64,000 bases of DNA from Mobula hypostoma (Eukaryota), in NCBI RefSeq assembly GCF_963921235.1, contig NC_086097.1:234858001-234922000 (forward strand), given 5' to 3'. The translations under genes and the position numbers were made by a program. Positions 1 to 12,653 of this stretch are shown in pieces (position 1 is the stretch's first letter; each line of letters starts with the position of its first letter). The notes beneath the pieces are model-generated. The model worked only from the letters and a program-made list of their open reading frames with translations. It did no database searches and was not told the DNA's origin.

Positions 1-324
1 ATAGCAAAACAATGATGGGAATTTCTACTAATCAATGTCTTGCTGAGCTATTTGAAAGTTTTTCACAGTGAATAGTTAAATAAAATATTTCAGTCATCTA
101 TCATGAAATATATGCTTTGAATTTCTTCCCCCAAATACTTGAACAATCTTGATTTCATAAAATGTCTAAAAAGCTGCTAAATATGCAATAATGCAATAAT
201 ATTGTGTACTGACAGAATTATTCCACAAATATGTACATTTTGCTACAAGAAAATATATTTAAAAGGACATTAGCCAGAAGTTCAGGCAAAAAAACTAAAT
301 GTAAACCCAAAAAATGAATCTGTC

Positions 325-712
325 CATTCATTTCAGTTTTGATTATGGTGCTAGTGAAGGACGCTGAATGCATCTTCAATACCTCAGGAATGCGGCGTCT
401 ATCATTAAGGACCCATATCACTCAGGAAATGCCAATGTTTCATTCCAATACAGGAGTCTGAGGGCACACACTCAATAATTCAGGAACAGCTTCATCTCCT
501 CTGCCATCAGATTTCTGGATGGACATTGAACCCTGGAACACTATCTTACTACTTTTTTTTTCTCTTTTCGTACTAGTGATTTAATATAACTATATATATA
601 TACACACACACATACACACACAGTATACATATACTTCTTACCGTATTTTACACTTTCTTATTATTATATATTTCACAACATATGCAAGTGATATTAAACC
701 TGATTCTGATTC
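325..712 (+). mobile_element. Degenerate 3' end of a Rex1/Babar-type LINE
   Basis: Decayed RT C-terminal coding remnant followed by a 3' UTR ending ATTAAA-CCTGATTCTGATTC; the same tail recurs at ~28900, ~31125 and ~54485. Confidence 0.55.
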
Positions 713-716
713 TAAT

Positions 717-2215
717 TCGATGAGATCCCTCTGCATTCTTTAAATTCCAGTGAGTACAGGCCCAAAGCTGCCAAACACTCCTCATGTGTTAACCACTTCA
801 TTCCCAGAACCATCCTCATGAGCCTCCTCTGGACTATCTCCAATGACAACACATCCTTTCTGAAACATTGGACCAAAAACTATTGACAATACTCCAAGTG
901 TTGTCTGACTAGTATCTTATAAAGCCTCAGCATTATCTTCTTGCTTTTGCACCCCCTTTGAAATGAATGCCAACATTGCACTTGCCTTCTCTACCACAGA
1001 TTCAACCTGTAAGTTAACGTTCTGGGATTCTTGCACGGGGACTCCTAAGTTCCTCTGCACCACTGATGTTTGAATCTTCTCCCCATTTAGATAATAGTCC
1101 GTACTATTGTTTCTTTCACCAAAATGCATTATCATACATTTCCCAACTCTATATTCTGTCTGCCACCTTTTTGTCCATTCTTTCAATTTGTCTAAGTCCT
1201 GCTGTAATTGCACTTCTTCCTCAGCAACAACTACCCACCCACCGATTTTCGTATCATCTGCAAACTTGATTTGATGGAGACAGACATGAGAAGCACGGAG
1301 GAAGATCTGGAGAAACTTCTGAAATGCCTGCTTCGCTGCTGTTGCTATTGTGCGATCAAGAATCTCCAGAGGGGAAGGCCTCAAATCCTCGGCTTTGCCT
1401 ATTGCCTATTGCTGGGGTCGGGGTCGAAGCGCAGAGATGGTGCTTGGTGCTCGGTGTCGGAGGACCGGTCGGAGGCTTGAAGTTTTCAGACGGACTCAAG
1501 AGTCGGCTGTGGTCAGGTGCTGCATTGGCAAGTTTGTGGTGCTGGAAGCTTATGGCTGGAAGAGAGTTTCTCTTCCTTCTACTATCTGCATGAGATGATG
1601 GGACTTTCGAGAGACTTTGAGACTTTTTTTTACTGTGCCCATGGTCTGTTCTTTATCAAAGTATGGTATTGTTTTGCACTGTTGTAACTATATGTTATAA
1701 TTATGTGGTTTTTGTCAGTTTTTTTAGTCTTGGTTTGTCTTGTGTTTCTGTGATACCATTCTGGAGGAACATTGTATCATTTCTTAATGCATGCATTACT
1801 AAATTTCAACAAAAGAGGACTGCGTGTCCTCATAATCTAAAAAAAGACTTCCCCACAAAGTCATCAATTCCATTATCTAAATAATTGACAAACAATGTGA
1901 ATAGTAGCGTCCCAATACTCCCTGAGGAACAACACTAGTCACTAGTATCCAACTAGAAAAGGCCCCATTTATTCCCACCCACTGCCTCCTGCCTGTCAGC
2001 CATTTGTCTATTCATGCCAGTATCTATCCTGTAATGCCATCGGATTTTATCTTGTTAAGCAGCCTCATGCGTGGTAGCTTATCAAATGCCTTCTGAAAAT
2101 CTAAGAAAATAACATCTACTGTATTTTCTTTGTCCACCCTGCTTGTTACTTCCTCGAAGAACTCTAACAGATTTGTCAGGCAAGATTTCCCTTCACAGAA
2201 ACTATGCTGAATTTG
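717..2215 (-). mobile_element. CR1/L3 LINE RT fragment, interrupted at ~1269-1846
   Basis: ORFs 917-1384 (KFADDTKIGG, LQQDLDKL) and 2024-2329 (GKSCLTNLLEFFEEVT, LDFQKAFDK) are typical CR1 RT motifs. Confidence 0.85.
1269..1846 (+). mobile_element. Non-coding GC/CpG-richer insertion, probable non-autonomous retroelement, splitting the CR1 RT
   Basis: CR1 sequence stops at ...ctgcaaacttg (1268) and resumes at ...cccacaaagtc (~1852); the insert ends in an A-rich tail after aaagaggactgcgtgtcctcataatct. Confidence 0.6.
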
Positions 2216-2365
2216 ACTACTCACCCGTACTTCTTTGTGATGTAGAAGGAAACTGGAGCACCCAGAGGAAAACCTCATGGTTATGCAGTCATGGTAAAAC
2301 ATAAAGACTCCAGCAGGCATTGATCCCAAATGTTATGCTAACTGCTACACTACCATGCCACCACA
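2216..2365 (-). mobile_element. Degenerate V-SINE/HE1-like SINE fragment
   Basis: ggaaactggagcacccagaggaaaacc core motif and gctaactgctacactaccatgccacc (reverse complement of a tRNA-like head); family assignment from recall. Confidence 0.45.
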
Positions 2366-2849
2366 ATTTTAAGTCCGATGTAGTAAGGAAACATTAAAAA
2401 CCCTGTTTCTAAAGCCTCATAAAAATGACAAAAACTCAATTTCAACACTCATTTTCCACAAGATGTTCATTTATAAATTCTCCTCACATGGAGATAAATC
2501 TAATGCACATTTCCAGCATTTCCCATTTTCATAATACATTTCAAACATTGTCTGTGTTCCAAGATGGCCATACTGTATGTAATTGAATGCTGACTATATG
2601 TAAAATAATTTAAAATGCATTATTAAAACTGAGGCCATTTTGTAAAAGTTCAAATTAATATTGCTAAACAGTGGCAAATCTAATTAGTTTAATTATTTTA
2701 ATGAGCTATATGACTCAGACACACAGTAGAATGACAATTTGCACGTTGTAACTCAATTTCTAACTATGTTTTCCATTATCACTTGGTGATGCAGAATTAT
2801 TCTTTTCTCTGGGTTTTGAATTACTTTGCTAATCAAGGTCATTTATATA

Positions 2850-4800
2850 AGAACATAAGATATCAGAGCAGAATTTGGCCATTTGGCTCATCAAGTCTGC
2901 TCCACCATTTCATCATGGCTGATCCGTTCCACTCTCAGCCCCAATCCCCTGCCTTCTACCCATATCACTTCATGCCATGACTAACCAAGAATCTATCAAC
3001 CTCTGCCTTAAATATGCCCAATGACTTGACCAGCACAACCGTATGTGGCTGTGTCCTCTCATCTTAGACTCTCGCACCATAGGAAACATCCTCTCCACAT
3101 CCACTCTATTGATCCTTTCAACATTCAATAGAATTCCATGAGATACCCTCTCATTCTTCTGAATTCCGGTGAGTACAGGCCAAGAGCCATCAAACACTTC
3201 TCATATGATAAGCCTTTCAATCCCGGAATCATTTTTGTGAACCTCCTTTGAAATTTTCCTAATGTCAACACAACCCTTCTTAGATAAGGGACCCAAAATT
3301 GCTCAAAAATGAAGCCTCATCAGTGCCTTATAAAGCCTTAGAATTACATGGCCTCTTTTAATATTACTGTCCTTTTCAAATGAATGCTAACATTGCATTT
3401 GCCTTTCACACCATCATCCTAACCTGTAAAGAAACTGTAGGGAATCCTACATGAGGACTAAGTCCCTTTGCACTTCAGATTTTTGAATTTACTCTCCTTT
3501 TATTCCTTCTACCAAAGTGCATGACCATACACTTCCGGATACTGTATTCTATCTGCCATGACTTTACCTATTCCCCTAATCTGCATAAGTCCTTTGGTAG
3601 CCTCTTCGCTTCTCCAACCCGACCTGCCACTCCACCCGTCTTTGTATCATCTGCAAACTTGCCCACAAAGTCATCAATTCGATCATCTAAATCAATGACA
3701 TATAACGTATTAAGAAGTGGTCCCAACGCATACCCCTGTGGAACACCACTAGTCATTGGCAGCCAAACAGAAAAGCCTCCCTTAATTCTCACTCATTGCC
3801 TCCTGCCAGTCACCCTATGCCCTATCTATGCAAGTATCTTTCCTGTAATACTATGACCTCTTAACCTGTTAAGCAGCCTCATACGTGGCACCTTGTTAAA
3901 AGCCTTCTGAAAATCCAAATACACAATATACATTGATTCTCCTTTGTATATCCTGGTTGTTATTTCTTCAAAACATTTCAACAGATTCGTCAGCAAGACA
4001 TTCCCTTAAATAACCATGCGGACTTTGGCTTACATTTTCATGTGCCTCCAAGTACCCAGAAACCACATCCTTAACAATCATTTTCCAACCACTGAGGTGA
4101 CCTATAAATTTCTTCATTCTGGTTGTCTCCCTTCTTGAAGAGTGGAGCGACATTTGCAATTTCCCAGTCCTTCAGAACCATGCCAGGATTTATTGATTCT
4201 TGAACGATCATTACTGATACCTCCATAATCTCTTCAGCCACCTCTTTCAGAACCCTGGGGTGTACAGCATCTGATCCAAGTGACTTATCTGCCTTCAAAC
4301 CTTTCAGTTTCCCAAGCAGCTTCTCCCTAATAATGGCAACTTCACTCACTTCTGCTCCCTGACACTCACGAACATCCAGCATACTGCTAGTGTCTTCCAA
4401 AGTGAAGACTGATGCAAAATACTTGTTGAGTTCATCCACCATTTCCTTGTCCCTCACTACTACCTCACCAGCACCATTTTTCAGCAGTCTGATATGTACT
4501 CTTTCCTCTCTTTTACACTTCATATGTCTGAATTAACTTTTAGTATCCTCTTTAATATTATTGGCTAGCTTGTCTTTTGTATTCCATCTTTCCCTTCTTT
4601 ATGACTTTCTAGCTCTATTCTGTTGGTATTTAAAAGCTTCCCAATCTCTAGCTCCACACTAATCTTTGCTCTATTATATGCTCTCCTCCTTTGACTTTTA
4701 TGTTGGTTTTGATTTCTCTTGTCAGCCGCTGTTTCATCATCCTGCCTTTAGAATACTTCTTCTTTGGATGAAGTATTCACAGGATGTATCTATCCTGTGT
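2850..4800 (-). mobile_element. CR1 LINE (3' part and RT); host of the L1 insertion, continues at 10656
   Basis: ORFs 3568-3792 (SGVPQG, FADDTK) and 4071-4523 (LNKYFASVFT, HPRVLKE). Confidence 0.85.
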
Positions 4801-5364
4801 CTTCGCAGAAACTTTTTTTTTTTAATTTTATTTTTATTTGGATAAGGAATTCACAATTATCATGTACTTTTTTCACACATATAACCTTTTCCATTTTTTT
4901 ATATGTATAAAACTACAATTATTTATACATTCTTAAGTACACATTGAGATGATATAAAAGGAAAATAAACATTTAAATAGATAATTATGTACTGTGGTAA
5001 ATCTAACCTATTAGGCTAAGTAATGAAATTAGTTGTTAAGAAAAATGGTAATAGTAGTTTCCATACAACCCTTCTGGACCATTTCCACTGGTCCAAAATG
5101 TTGCATACAAGCCTATATACCAACCATTGTAGGTGTTTATATCCCAATTTGTTCATGCTTGTTCCTGCCCGCAGACATAATTATCCAATCCCTATGTACT
5201 TACTTACTTAATTTTTTCATTTTTTTTATCCCTTTCCCAAATCTTTCCCTTTACTTGTGTTAATTCTCTATTTTCCAAAAAAAAAACAAACATTTAGACT
5301 AGGGGTGTTTACGTTAGCAATATTACTGTGTTGATGAGAAGAGCAATATAAATCATTAGGAGAG

Positions 5365-8300
5365 TCATCTAAAGTCTGCTCGCATTGGGGTTATATATTC
5401 AATCCATTTATTCCAGATTTGATAAAATGTTTCTTTTTGAGTTCTCAGGGAGTAAGTCAACTTTTCCATTTTAAATATTTCCAAGATAATTTCGTACCAA
5501 TCTTCTAATGTAGGTGGTATTGGATTTAGCCATTTTCTAGTGATTGATTTCTTACTTGCTGCTAAGAGGGTCTGCAGCAACTTTATATCTTCCTTCTGTT
5601 CAAGGAACAATACATGCCCCAAATAGAGCGTCTCAAAGTTCAGAGGTATCTGGGACCTAAGTACCTTAACTAATGTTCTATGAATACCTTCCCAAAATAG
5701 ACTTAATTTAGGGCAATCCCAGAAAATATGAAAATGATTTGCCTCCTTGGAGCCGCACCTTCTCCAACACATCACATTTGTATCTTTATATTTTTCCTGA
5801 TATGGGGTCTTGAAGTATCTTATAATGTTTTTCCAACAATGTTCTCTCCAAGTCAAAGAATTAGTCGAGGACCATTGAAAGCTGCAGATTTTCCCCCAAG
5901 CCTCCTCTGAAAGTACCAACCCCGCTTCTTTCTCCCACTTCTCTTTAATATACAGTGTATTTACATTTTTAGCATGGGAGAGTGCATTATATAGGCGAGA
6001 AACTGATTTACTAGGTATTGAACTGCAAGCCGAATTCAGAATCTTGAAAAATTCTAATTCTACTTTTGATAGGTCTGTATACCTACAACTCTGGTTAACA
6101 TAGTTTCATATTTGAAGGTACCTAAAAAAGTCATTATGTTCTAGGCTATGTATGTCCTGCAGGATATAATACCCTTTTATCTATAAATGAGAGGTAGGTT
6201 GTAAGACCTTTCTTTATCCATAGCTCAAATCTTTTATCTCCTCTGTTGGGAAGGAATTCGGTATCATATGCACACCATCTAAAGAGTTTTAACATGTTAT
6301 TAATTCCACATGAATTAACCACCTTCTGCCATACTTTTAATGTAAGATTTATCCAAGCATTATTAAATTTTTCCAACTGGGCCATCAATCCTTTGTCAGC
6401 TATTGAGGCCTGAAGAGGAAAACTGTCAACTAATCCAAATTCTATTTCCTTCCATCTAGCCTTATATTCCCTATTACACCAATATAGCAGAGGGGTTATC
6501 TGTGAGGCATAAAAATAATTTCTCAGGCAAGGAAGAACCATACCTCCTCCTTCCTTCCCTAACTGTAAGGTGTTATATCGAATTCTAGGTTTCCTTCCTT
6601 GCCAAATGAAGCGGGAAATCCATTTGTCCCATTCCCTGAATTGATTATCATCCACCTCCACTGGTAAAGTACGGAAAAGATATAATAACCGAGGAAGAAT
6701 ATTCATTTTTATAGTATTTATCCTTGAATTTAAACTTAAAAAGGGGATAAGATTCCATCTATGTGTATCTGCTTTTATCTCTGAGATTAATGGCCCATAA
6801 TTTACCTGTGACAGTGTTGAAAGATCCTTCGGCAGGGTTATTCCTAAATATTTTAATGATTTAGCTTCCCACTTAAGATCGTATGTATCCTGCAATTTTT
6901 TGGATGGTGTATAATTTAGGGACATAACCTGCGTTTTCTTTACATTTATTTTATAACCTGATATTTTTCCAAAGTCATCCAACAGTGTAAACAATCCTAT
7001 AAATGATTTTTCTGGTTCACTCAGATAGACCAAAACATCATCTGCGAATAACGCCACTTTCTGTTCAATCCCTGCCACCTTGATACCTTTTACGATTTCG
7101 CTCTGTCTTATTAGTTGGGCAAGTGGTTCAATATATAGCGCAAAAAGGAGAGGAGAAATTGGGCATCCCTGTCTAGTGCCTCTCTCTAAAATGAAGGAGT
7201 CAGAGAGGTCCCCATTTATCTTAATTCGGGCTGTAGGGCTGTCATATAGAGTCTGAATTACTTTAATAAACCTTTCCTGAAAGCCGAATCTTCCTAACAC
7301 TCTGTATAGGAATGCCCAACTAACCGAATCAAAAGCTTCCTCAGCGTCCAATCCTACTACCATTGTCTCTGTCTCGTTCTTATTAACCTGTTCTAATATG
7401 TGCAGAGTTCTCCTTATGTTGTCCTGTGTTTGTCTTTGTTGAATAAATCCAGTCTGGTCTAAATGGATTAGGCCAGGTAAAAGCTTTTCCAATCTGCGCG
7501 CTAATATAGATGTAAATAGTTTGTAATCTAAATTAAGAACACTAATTGGCCGATAATTGCCACATTCTAGTTTATCTTTACCCTCTTTAGGAATAACTGA
7601 AATAATCGCTTCTCTCCAGGAAGGTGGAGTTTCTCCTCTCTGCAAGATCCAATTAAAGGTGTTAAGTAGTAATGGGGCTAACTGTGTCTTCAGGGACTTG
7701 TACCACTCTGAGGTAAACCCATCAGAACCCGGGGACTTTCCAGCCTTTAACCTAGAGATGGCCACGTTCAGTTCTTTGACAGTTACTGGTTCTAATAAAC
7801 TTTCATTTTGTAAATCTGTAAGTTTAGGTAGATCTAAAAAATTCAATACACTGTCTATATAGGGCTCATTGGGGGCCCGGGGTTGGGAGTAAAGCTCTCG
7901 ATAATATGTTTCAAAACTCTCTTGAATTTTCCCTATTGTACTCTCCACAAGCTTTGTCTTTGGATTCTTTATTTTATGAATTGTATTGTCTGCTTGTTGT
8001 TTTCGTAATTTATATGCTAATAATCTAGCTGATTTACCTCCTACTTCATAATTCTTTTGTCTCAGGTAAAGAAAATTTCTTTGAGTTTCCAACGTATAAA
8101 TATCATCAATTTCACTTTGCAATTTCCTAATTTCCTGTTTTCGATTTGAATTACTTTAGTTGCTATCTACAACTTGAAGTTGTTTTAATTTTCCTTGAAG
8201 GTCTGCTAATTTTTGTGCATTGATTTTTTTCATGTGAGTAGTAATGGAAATAATTTTCCCTCTCAGTACAGCTTTCAATGTATCCCATAATATCACTGGT

Positions 8301-9142
8301 GATGTTTCTCCCGTGTCATTAAGGTCTAGATATTCTTTGATTTCTCCCCTTAATCTCTCCATTACTTTCGGGTTATTGAGTATATGTGAGTTTAGCCTCC
8401 ATAGTGTTTTCCTCATTTTCCTTTCCAGGATTAGAGACATAGAGACTGGGCTATGATCCGACAGATCAATTGTTGCAATATTACAGTTTTTTATCCTGAG
8501 TCTATCTGTATTAAAGATAAAGAAATAGTCTATCCTTGAATAGGCTGAATGAGGGAAAGAGTAATATGTATAATCTTTACTAGTAGGGTGTAATTCCCTC
8601 CAGACATCTATAATTCCCAACTCCTCCATCAATGAATTCACTTTCCGAGTCAGAGGTTTATTCTGAGTAACTATTCTTGAAGAATCTAATATAGGATTTA
8701 ATCTAATATTAAAATCCCCTCCACAAATTACTACCCCTCGAGAACTGACCATTAGGTCAAAAATGTGTCGATAAAATGACCATTCACAACCTGGAGGAGC
8801 ATAAACATTCAGCAATGTTATTTCTGTACCTTCTATTCATCCTGTGATTTTTACAAACCGTCCGTCTTTGTCTTTAGTCTCTGAAATATGTTCATAATTA
8901 AGTGTACTTGATATTAAAGTAGCTACCCCTCTTTTGTGACTCAATTTATATGATGAATAAAATACATGCTTAAAGCCCATTCTTTTTAATTTTCCATGTT
9001 CAGATTGGCTCATATGTGTTTCTTGGAGGAAAGCTATTTGTGCCCCCTCTTTTTTCAATTTAGACATAATCTTATTTCTTTTAATTGGATTCAAAACCCC
9101 ATTAACATTATAGGAAATTATTTTTACCAATTCAGTTTGCAT
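5365..9142 (-). pseudogene. L1 ORF2p (APE endonuclease, RT, C-terminal Cys/His knuckle) with nonsense codons and one frameshift
   Basis: SYNVNG, LQETH, GGDFN, SRIDY, SDH (EN); GTRQGCPISP, LFADD (RT); CWRRCG...HIFWDC. In-frame stops at 8837-8839 and 8156-8158, frameshift near 6165, stop at 6106-6108. Confidence 0.93.
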
Positions 9143-9504
9143 TTTTCTCTAGTAGAAAAAAAGCACTCTCCTTTTCTAACCAAACAGTAAGCAATCCCTT
9201 CTCAACAGTAAACCAAGACATATAACCACACCCTAGACATTTCTGAAGGTTTAACATTTGAAAATTTTTCCCGACTTCCCACAGTGAGGCCTGAGCACCG
9301 ACCCGCCTCAGTTCAGAGGGATAACCTCTATCTTCACCCTGTGTTAGAGGGCCCTCAGCAGTTTGAATAATCATAGAGAATTTTCTCCTATTTATGTCTC
9401 GACCATATTGCTATCATTCAAGTTATTCCGCCTAGTTTATTTTCAGTTACCAGTTTTCATTTTACTTTTAAGTCCGATTTACTCTTTTCAGTCATTTCTC
9501 TTAA

Positions 9505-10503
9505 TTAATCTGTATTCTCTGTACATTCGCGTCTGAATATTTGCAGCTTTTCCTTGTAGTTTGACACTCTGGTTCGAGTGGAGCGTCTTCGCCACACTGG
9601 CTGCCACGACTTCTGCCACAACTTCTGCCGAATCCTCTCCAGTAGCGACTCCGGTTGGGTGATAACTTTAATAGGTAGTCCCCGGTCCGCCAGGTCCAAC
9701 GTTGCCTCCTCCACCGTAGCGTAAGTTTTTGTCCCTTCGTCGTAAAAGACTCTCAGCCGAGCTGGATACAGGGTCTGGAATCTGATGTTGTTTTCCTTCA
9801 GGACCCTCCGTGTTTCGGTATATTCCTTCCATCTGGCAAGAATCCCCGGTGTGTAGTCGTGGTCTAAACTGATTTTGCAGTTGTTCCACATGAAACCTTT
9901 CTTTTGCCATGCTCTTTTAAGCACCTCTTCCTTCGTTCTGTAACTGAGAAATCTGATCAGAATCGATCTGGGCTGGGCACCTGCCGGAGGCTGTGGTGCC
10001 AACGCGCGGTGAGCCCTTTCTATCTGTAGGTCTTTTGCGGCCGGTATAGCAAGGTTCTCTCTAAGCAGCTTCTCCACGAAGGGAATCATCAATCCGGGTT
10101 TACCTTCGCTTCCTTCGGGAACTCCGTAAATCCTCACATTTTCCCTTCTCGAGCGGCCTTCTTGATCTATTAGCTTCCACTGGAGCTGGTCTTGTAGCTT
10201 CAGCATTTCTGCTATCACTTCCTCGACGTTTTGTAGCTTCTCTTCAATTCCAACAATCCTCGCTTCGGCTTCATCTATCCGCGAGTTAGTTTTTACTATT
10301 TCTCCTTTAACATCTCCCAGCTGTTTGCTGTTATCTTGTCGGAACTCGCGAATCTCTCCGAGAATCAAAGACAGAGTCACCGATTCCCCCTCATTATCTC
10401 CGTCCTGGCTTGCCGTGGGGGAGCTAGGCCCGTCGCCTTGCTGCGTCTCTTTACGTTTATCAGCCTTCGAAGCGGACTTTTTATTCTTGTTCTTAGACAT
10501 CAT
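9505..10503 (-). CDS. L1 ORF1p (coiled coil, RRM, CTD; Transposase_22-like), open 332 aa
   Basis: Heptad-rich N-terminal half, then EGRSRRENVRIYGVPE, IERAHR and YPARLRV motifs characteristic of L1 ORF1p. Confidence 0.92.
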   Translation of the reverse strand: MMSKNKNKKSASKADKRKETQQGDGPSSPTASQDGDNEGESVTLSLILGEIREFRQDNSKQLGDVKGEIVKTNSRIDEAEARIVGIEEKLQNVEEVIAEMLKLQDQLQWKLIDQEGRSRRENVRIYGVPEGSEGKPGLMIPFVEKLLRENLAIPAAKDLQIERAHRALAPQPPAGAQPRSILIRFLSYRTKEEVLKRAWQKKGFMWNNCKISLDHDYTPGILARWKEYTETRRVLKENNIRFQTLYPARLRVFYDEGTKTYATVEEATLDLADRGLPIKVITQPESLLERIRQKLWQKSWQPVWRRRSTRTRVSNYKEKLQIFRRECTENTD

Positions 10504-10600
10504 CCTTGCCCCTTTTATTAATATAGTTATGCAATATTAAGTATTTGTCTAAATTCGATTTTGGGGCAGTTTACCTTCTTTTTTGTCGAGAGACCTTTTC

Positions 10601-10640
10601 CTTACGCCGCCATTCCCTTGATGATCCGGAAGTCCTCCCC
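10601..10640 (-). promoter_or_regulatory. Putative L1 internal promoter with ETS and YY1-like motifs
   Basis: Element begins GGGGAGGACTTCCGGATCATCAAGGGAATGGCGGCG: ACTTCCGG (ETS) and ATGGCGGC (YY1 core). Confidence 0.55.
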
Positions 10641-10655
10641 CTTCGCGGAAACTTT

Positions 10656-11996
10656 AGCCATTTTTGCTCAGCTGTCATCCCTGCTACTGTTCCTTTCTAA
10701 TCTTTCTAATCAGTTTTAGCCAGTTCCTCTTTCATGCCTCTGTAATTCTCTTTTCTCTACTGATACTTCTGACTGTAGCTTCTCTGACTCCAAGTTCAGG
10801 GTGAATTCTATCATACGATAATCACTCCCTGTGAAGGTTCTTTCACCTTCAGCTCTCTAATCAATTCCAGTTCTTTGCACAACACCCAATGCAGAGTAGC
10901 TGATCCCCTGGTGAACTCAACCATGAGCTGCTCTAAAAAGCCACCTTGTAAGCATTCTTCAAATTCCCCCTGAATTTCCCAATCCAACTGCATACTGAAG
11001 TCCCCCATGACTACATAACATTTTCCTTTTGACATGTATTTGCTATCTTCCATTGTAATTGATAGACCTTTGCTACTGTTCAGAGCTCAGTAAATAACCC
11101 CCATCTGGGTCTTTTTACCCTTGCAATTTTTTACCTCCACCCACAATGATTCAAAGTATATTTACATTTATTATGAATGTAACTGTACTGTATACAGCCT
11201 TGAGATTCATCTTCTTACGGGCAGCCACAAAACAAAGAAACCCAATAGAACCCATTAAAACAATAGAAGACTATGAAACACCCAATGTGCAGAAAAAAGA
11301 AAACATGCAAACAATATAAGCAAATAGCACTCAGAACTGAATTTCACGGAAGTGTGTCCACACTGTGATAGTTACAGGCCACAGCCACAGTTTGGTGCAG
11401 ACATGAGTAAACCTCGTGGAGCAGCAATTTGAACCGGCCTGTCCCTTGCCTCCAGCCCCGACCGTATCCTTTTCAATCTGGCCTGGCGCTTAAAAAATCC
11501 AGACCTTGCTCTCGGACATGAACCACGCTGCTTCAATACACTCTCAAGCTGGTCACCACTACCACCTCAATTCGGCCTGTACTCAACTTTTCCAATTTGG
11601 CTAAGCACTTAAATTGATCAAACCCTTCCTTGATCTTCACGCTCAGGTGCAGGTCCGGGCCCCACCACCTTGACTTTACATCCCCTCCTTTCTCCTCACC
11701 TCAGTTCTGCCTAATCAAATGGTTTCTAAGCCTACAGCAGCCAAATATTGGCTCATTCCCCACTCTCCGGCCTGGATCACGCCATCTCAGTTCAGTTTGT
11801 ACGCATCACACTGCAACTGTCCTGCACTTCCAAGTCTTCAGTTCCCACCACAAAAATTCTAAATCTACCGATCCCATGTCACCTCTTTCTAATGATTTGA
11901 CTTCAATTTTTATACCAACAGAGCCACCCCGCCTCCTCTGCCTACCTGCCTGTCCTTTAAATACAATGTGTATCTTTGGACATTGAGCTCCCATCC
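10656..11996 (-). mobile_element. CR1 endonuclease region (continuation of 2850-4800), interrupted by a Rex-tailed repeat at ~11155-11800
   Basis: ORFs 10811-11053 (VVMGDF, FLEQ) and 11910-12116 (DRQVGRGGGVALLV). Confidence 0.75.
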
Positions 11997-12417
11997 CATA
12001 AGAAAAGGAACCAACTCAAAAACTTGAGATAAGACATTTAAAAACTGGTCAATATGAAATGGCATAATAGACATAGAAGCTGTAGTGAAACCATACTTTT
12101 TGTAACCTTTCTCCATTTATTGAATTGAATATAGCTTACAAATGTTGGTTTTACTTGTTCAAACAGCCATGACCTTAACTTCAATAGAAATCTGTTTAAT
12201 GATTAACAATTATTAATGTAGGTGTTTTTTTTTCCAAATTCCTGCATTACCTTTGAGGAGATCTCTTGATCAAAAGACAAATAAATCAATGTTCTGACAG
12301 ATAATATATAGTACATGTAAAAAAATAAATTGTCAGCTTGGTTATGTTGATTGCATCTTAACTCTTGGATGGAAGTTTGTTGGTTCAATTGCAAGACTTC
12401 TGTGCTATGGTATTCAG

Positions 12418-12653
12418 AACACAAGAGATTCAGCAGATGCTGCAAATCTGCTGCGAGACATGAACAATGCTGGAGATACTCAGCAGCTGAGGCAGCATCT
12501 ATGCAGACGAATAAACAGTGGACATTTTAGGCCGAGACCCTTCATCAGAACTGATCCTTCATCCTGATGAGGCATCGCAGACTAAAACGTCAACTGTTTA
12601 TTCCTCTCTATAGATGCTGCCTCACCTGCTGAGCTCCTCCAGCGTTTTGTGAG
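12418..12653. mobile_element. Old inverted pair of Penelope-like terminal repeats with decayed hammerhead motifs
   Basis: Left arm tgctggagatactcagcagctgaggcagcatctat...gaataaacagt is an imperfect reverse complement of right arm actgtttattc...atagatgctgcctcacctgctgagctcctccagc; ctgatgag...aaaacgtc remnant at ~12564-12591. Confidence 0.75.

Larger units (their letters stand above)
4816..10640 (-). mobile_element. Full-length L1-clade LINE (5' UTR, ORF1, spacer, ORF2, 3' UTR, polyA)
   Basis: TSD cttcgc(a/g)gaaacttt at 4801-4815 and 10641-10655; poly-T and tttatt (AATAAA on minus) at ~4813-4838; L1-type ORF1 and EN-RT-Cys ORF2. Confidence 0.95.

Noticed and set aside
64..110. CACAGTG heptamer suggesting V(D)J recombination signals
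   Set aside because: No nonamer at 12 or 23 spacing and no Ig/TCR segment recognised
7557..8456. Plus-strand ORFs overlapping L1 ORF2 (similar cases at 34365-35865, 44121-45309, 51195-51887)
   Set aside because: Antisense shadows of TE coding frames
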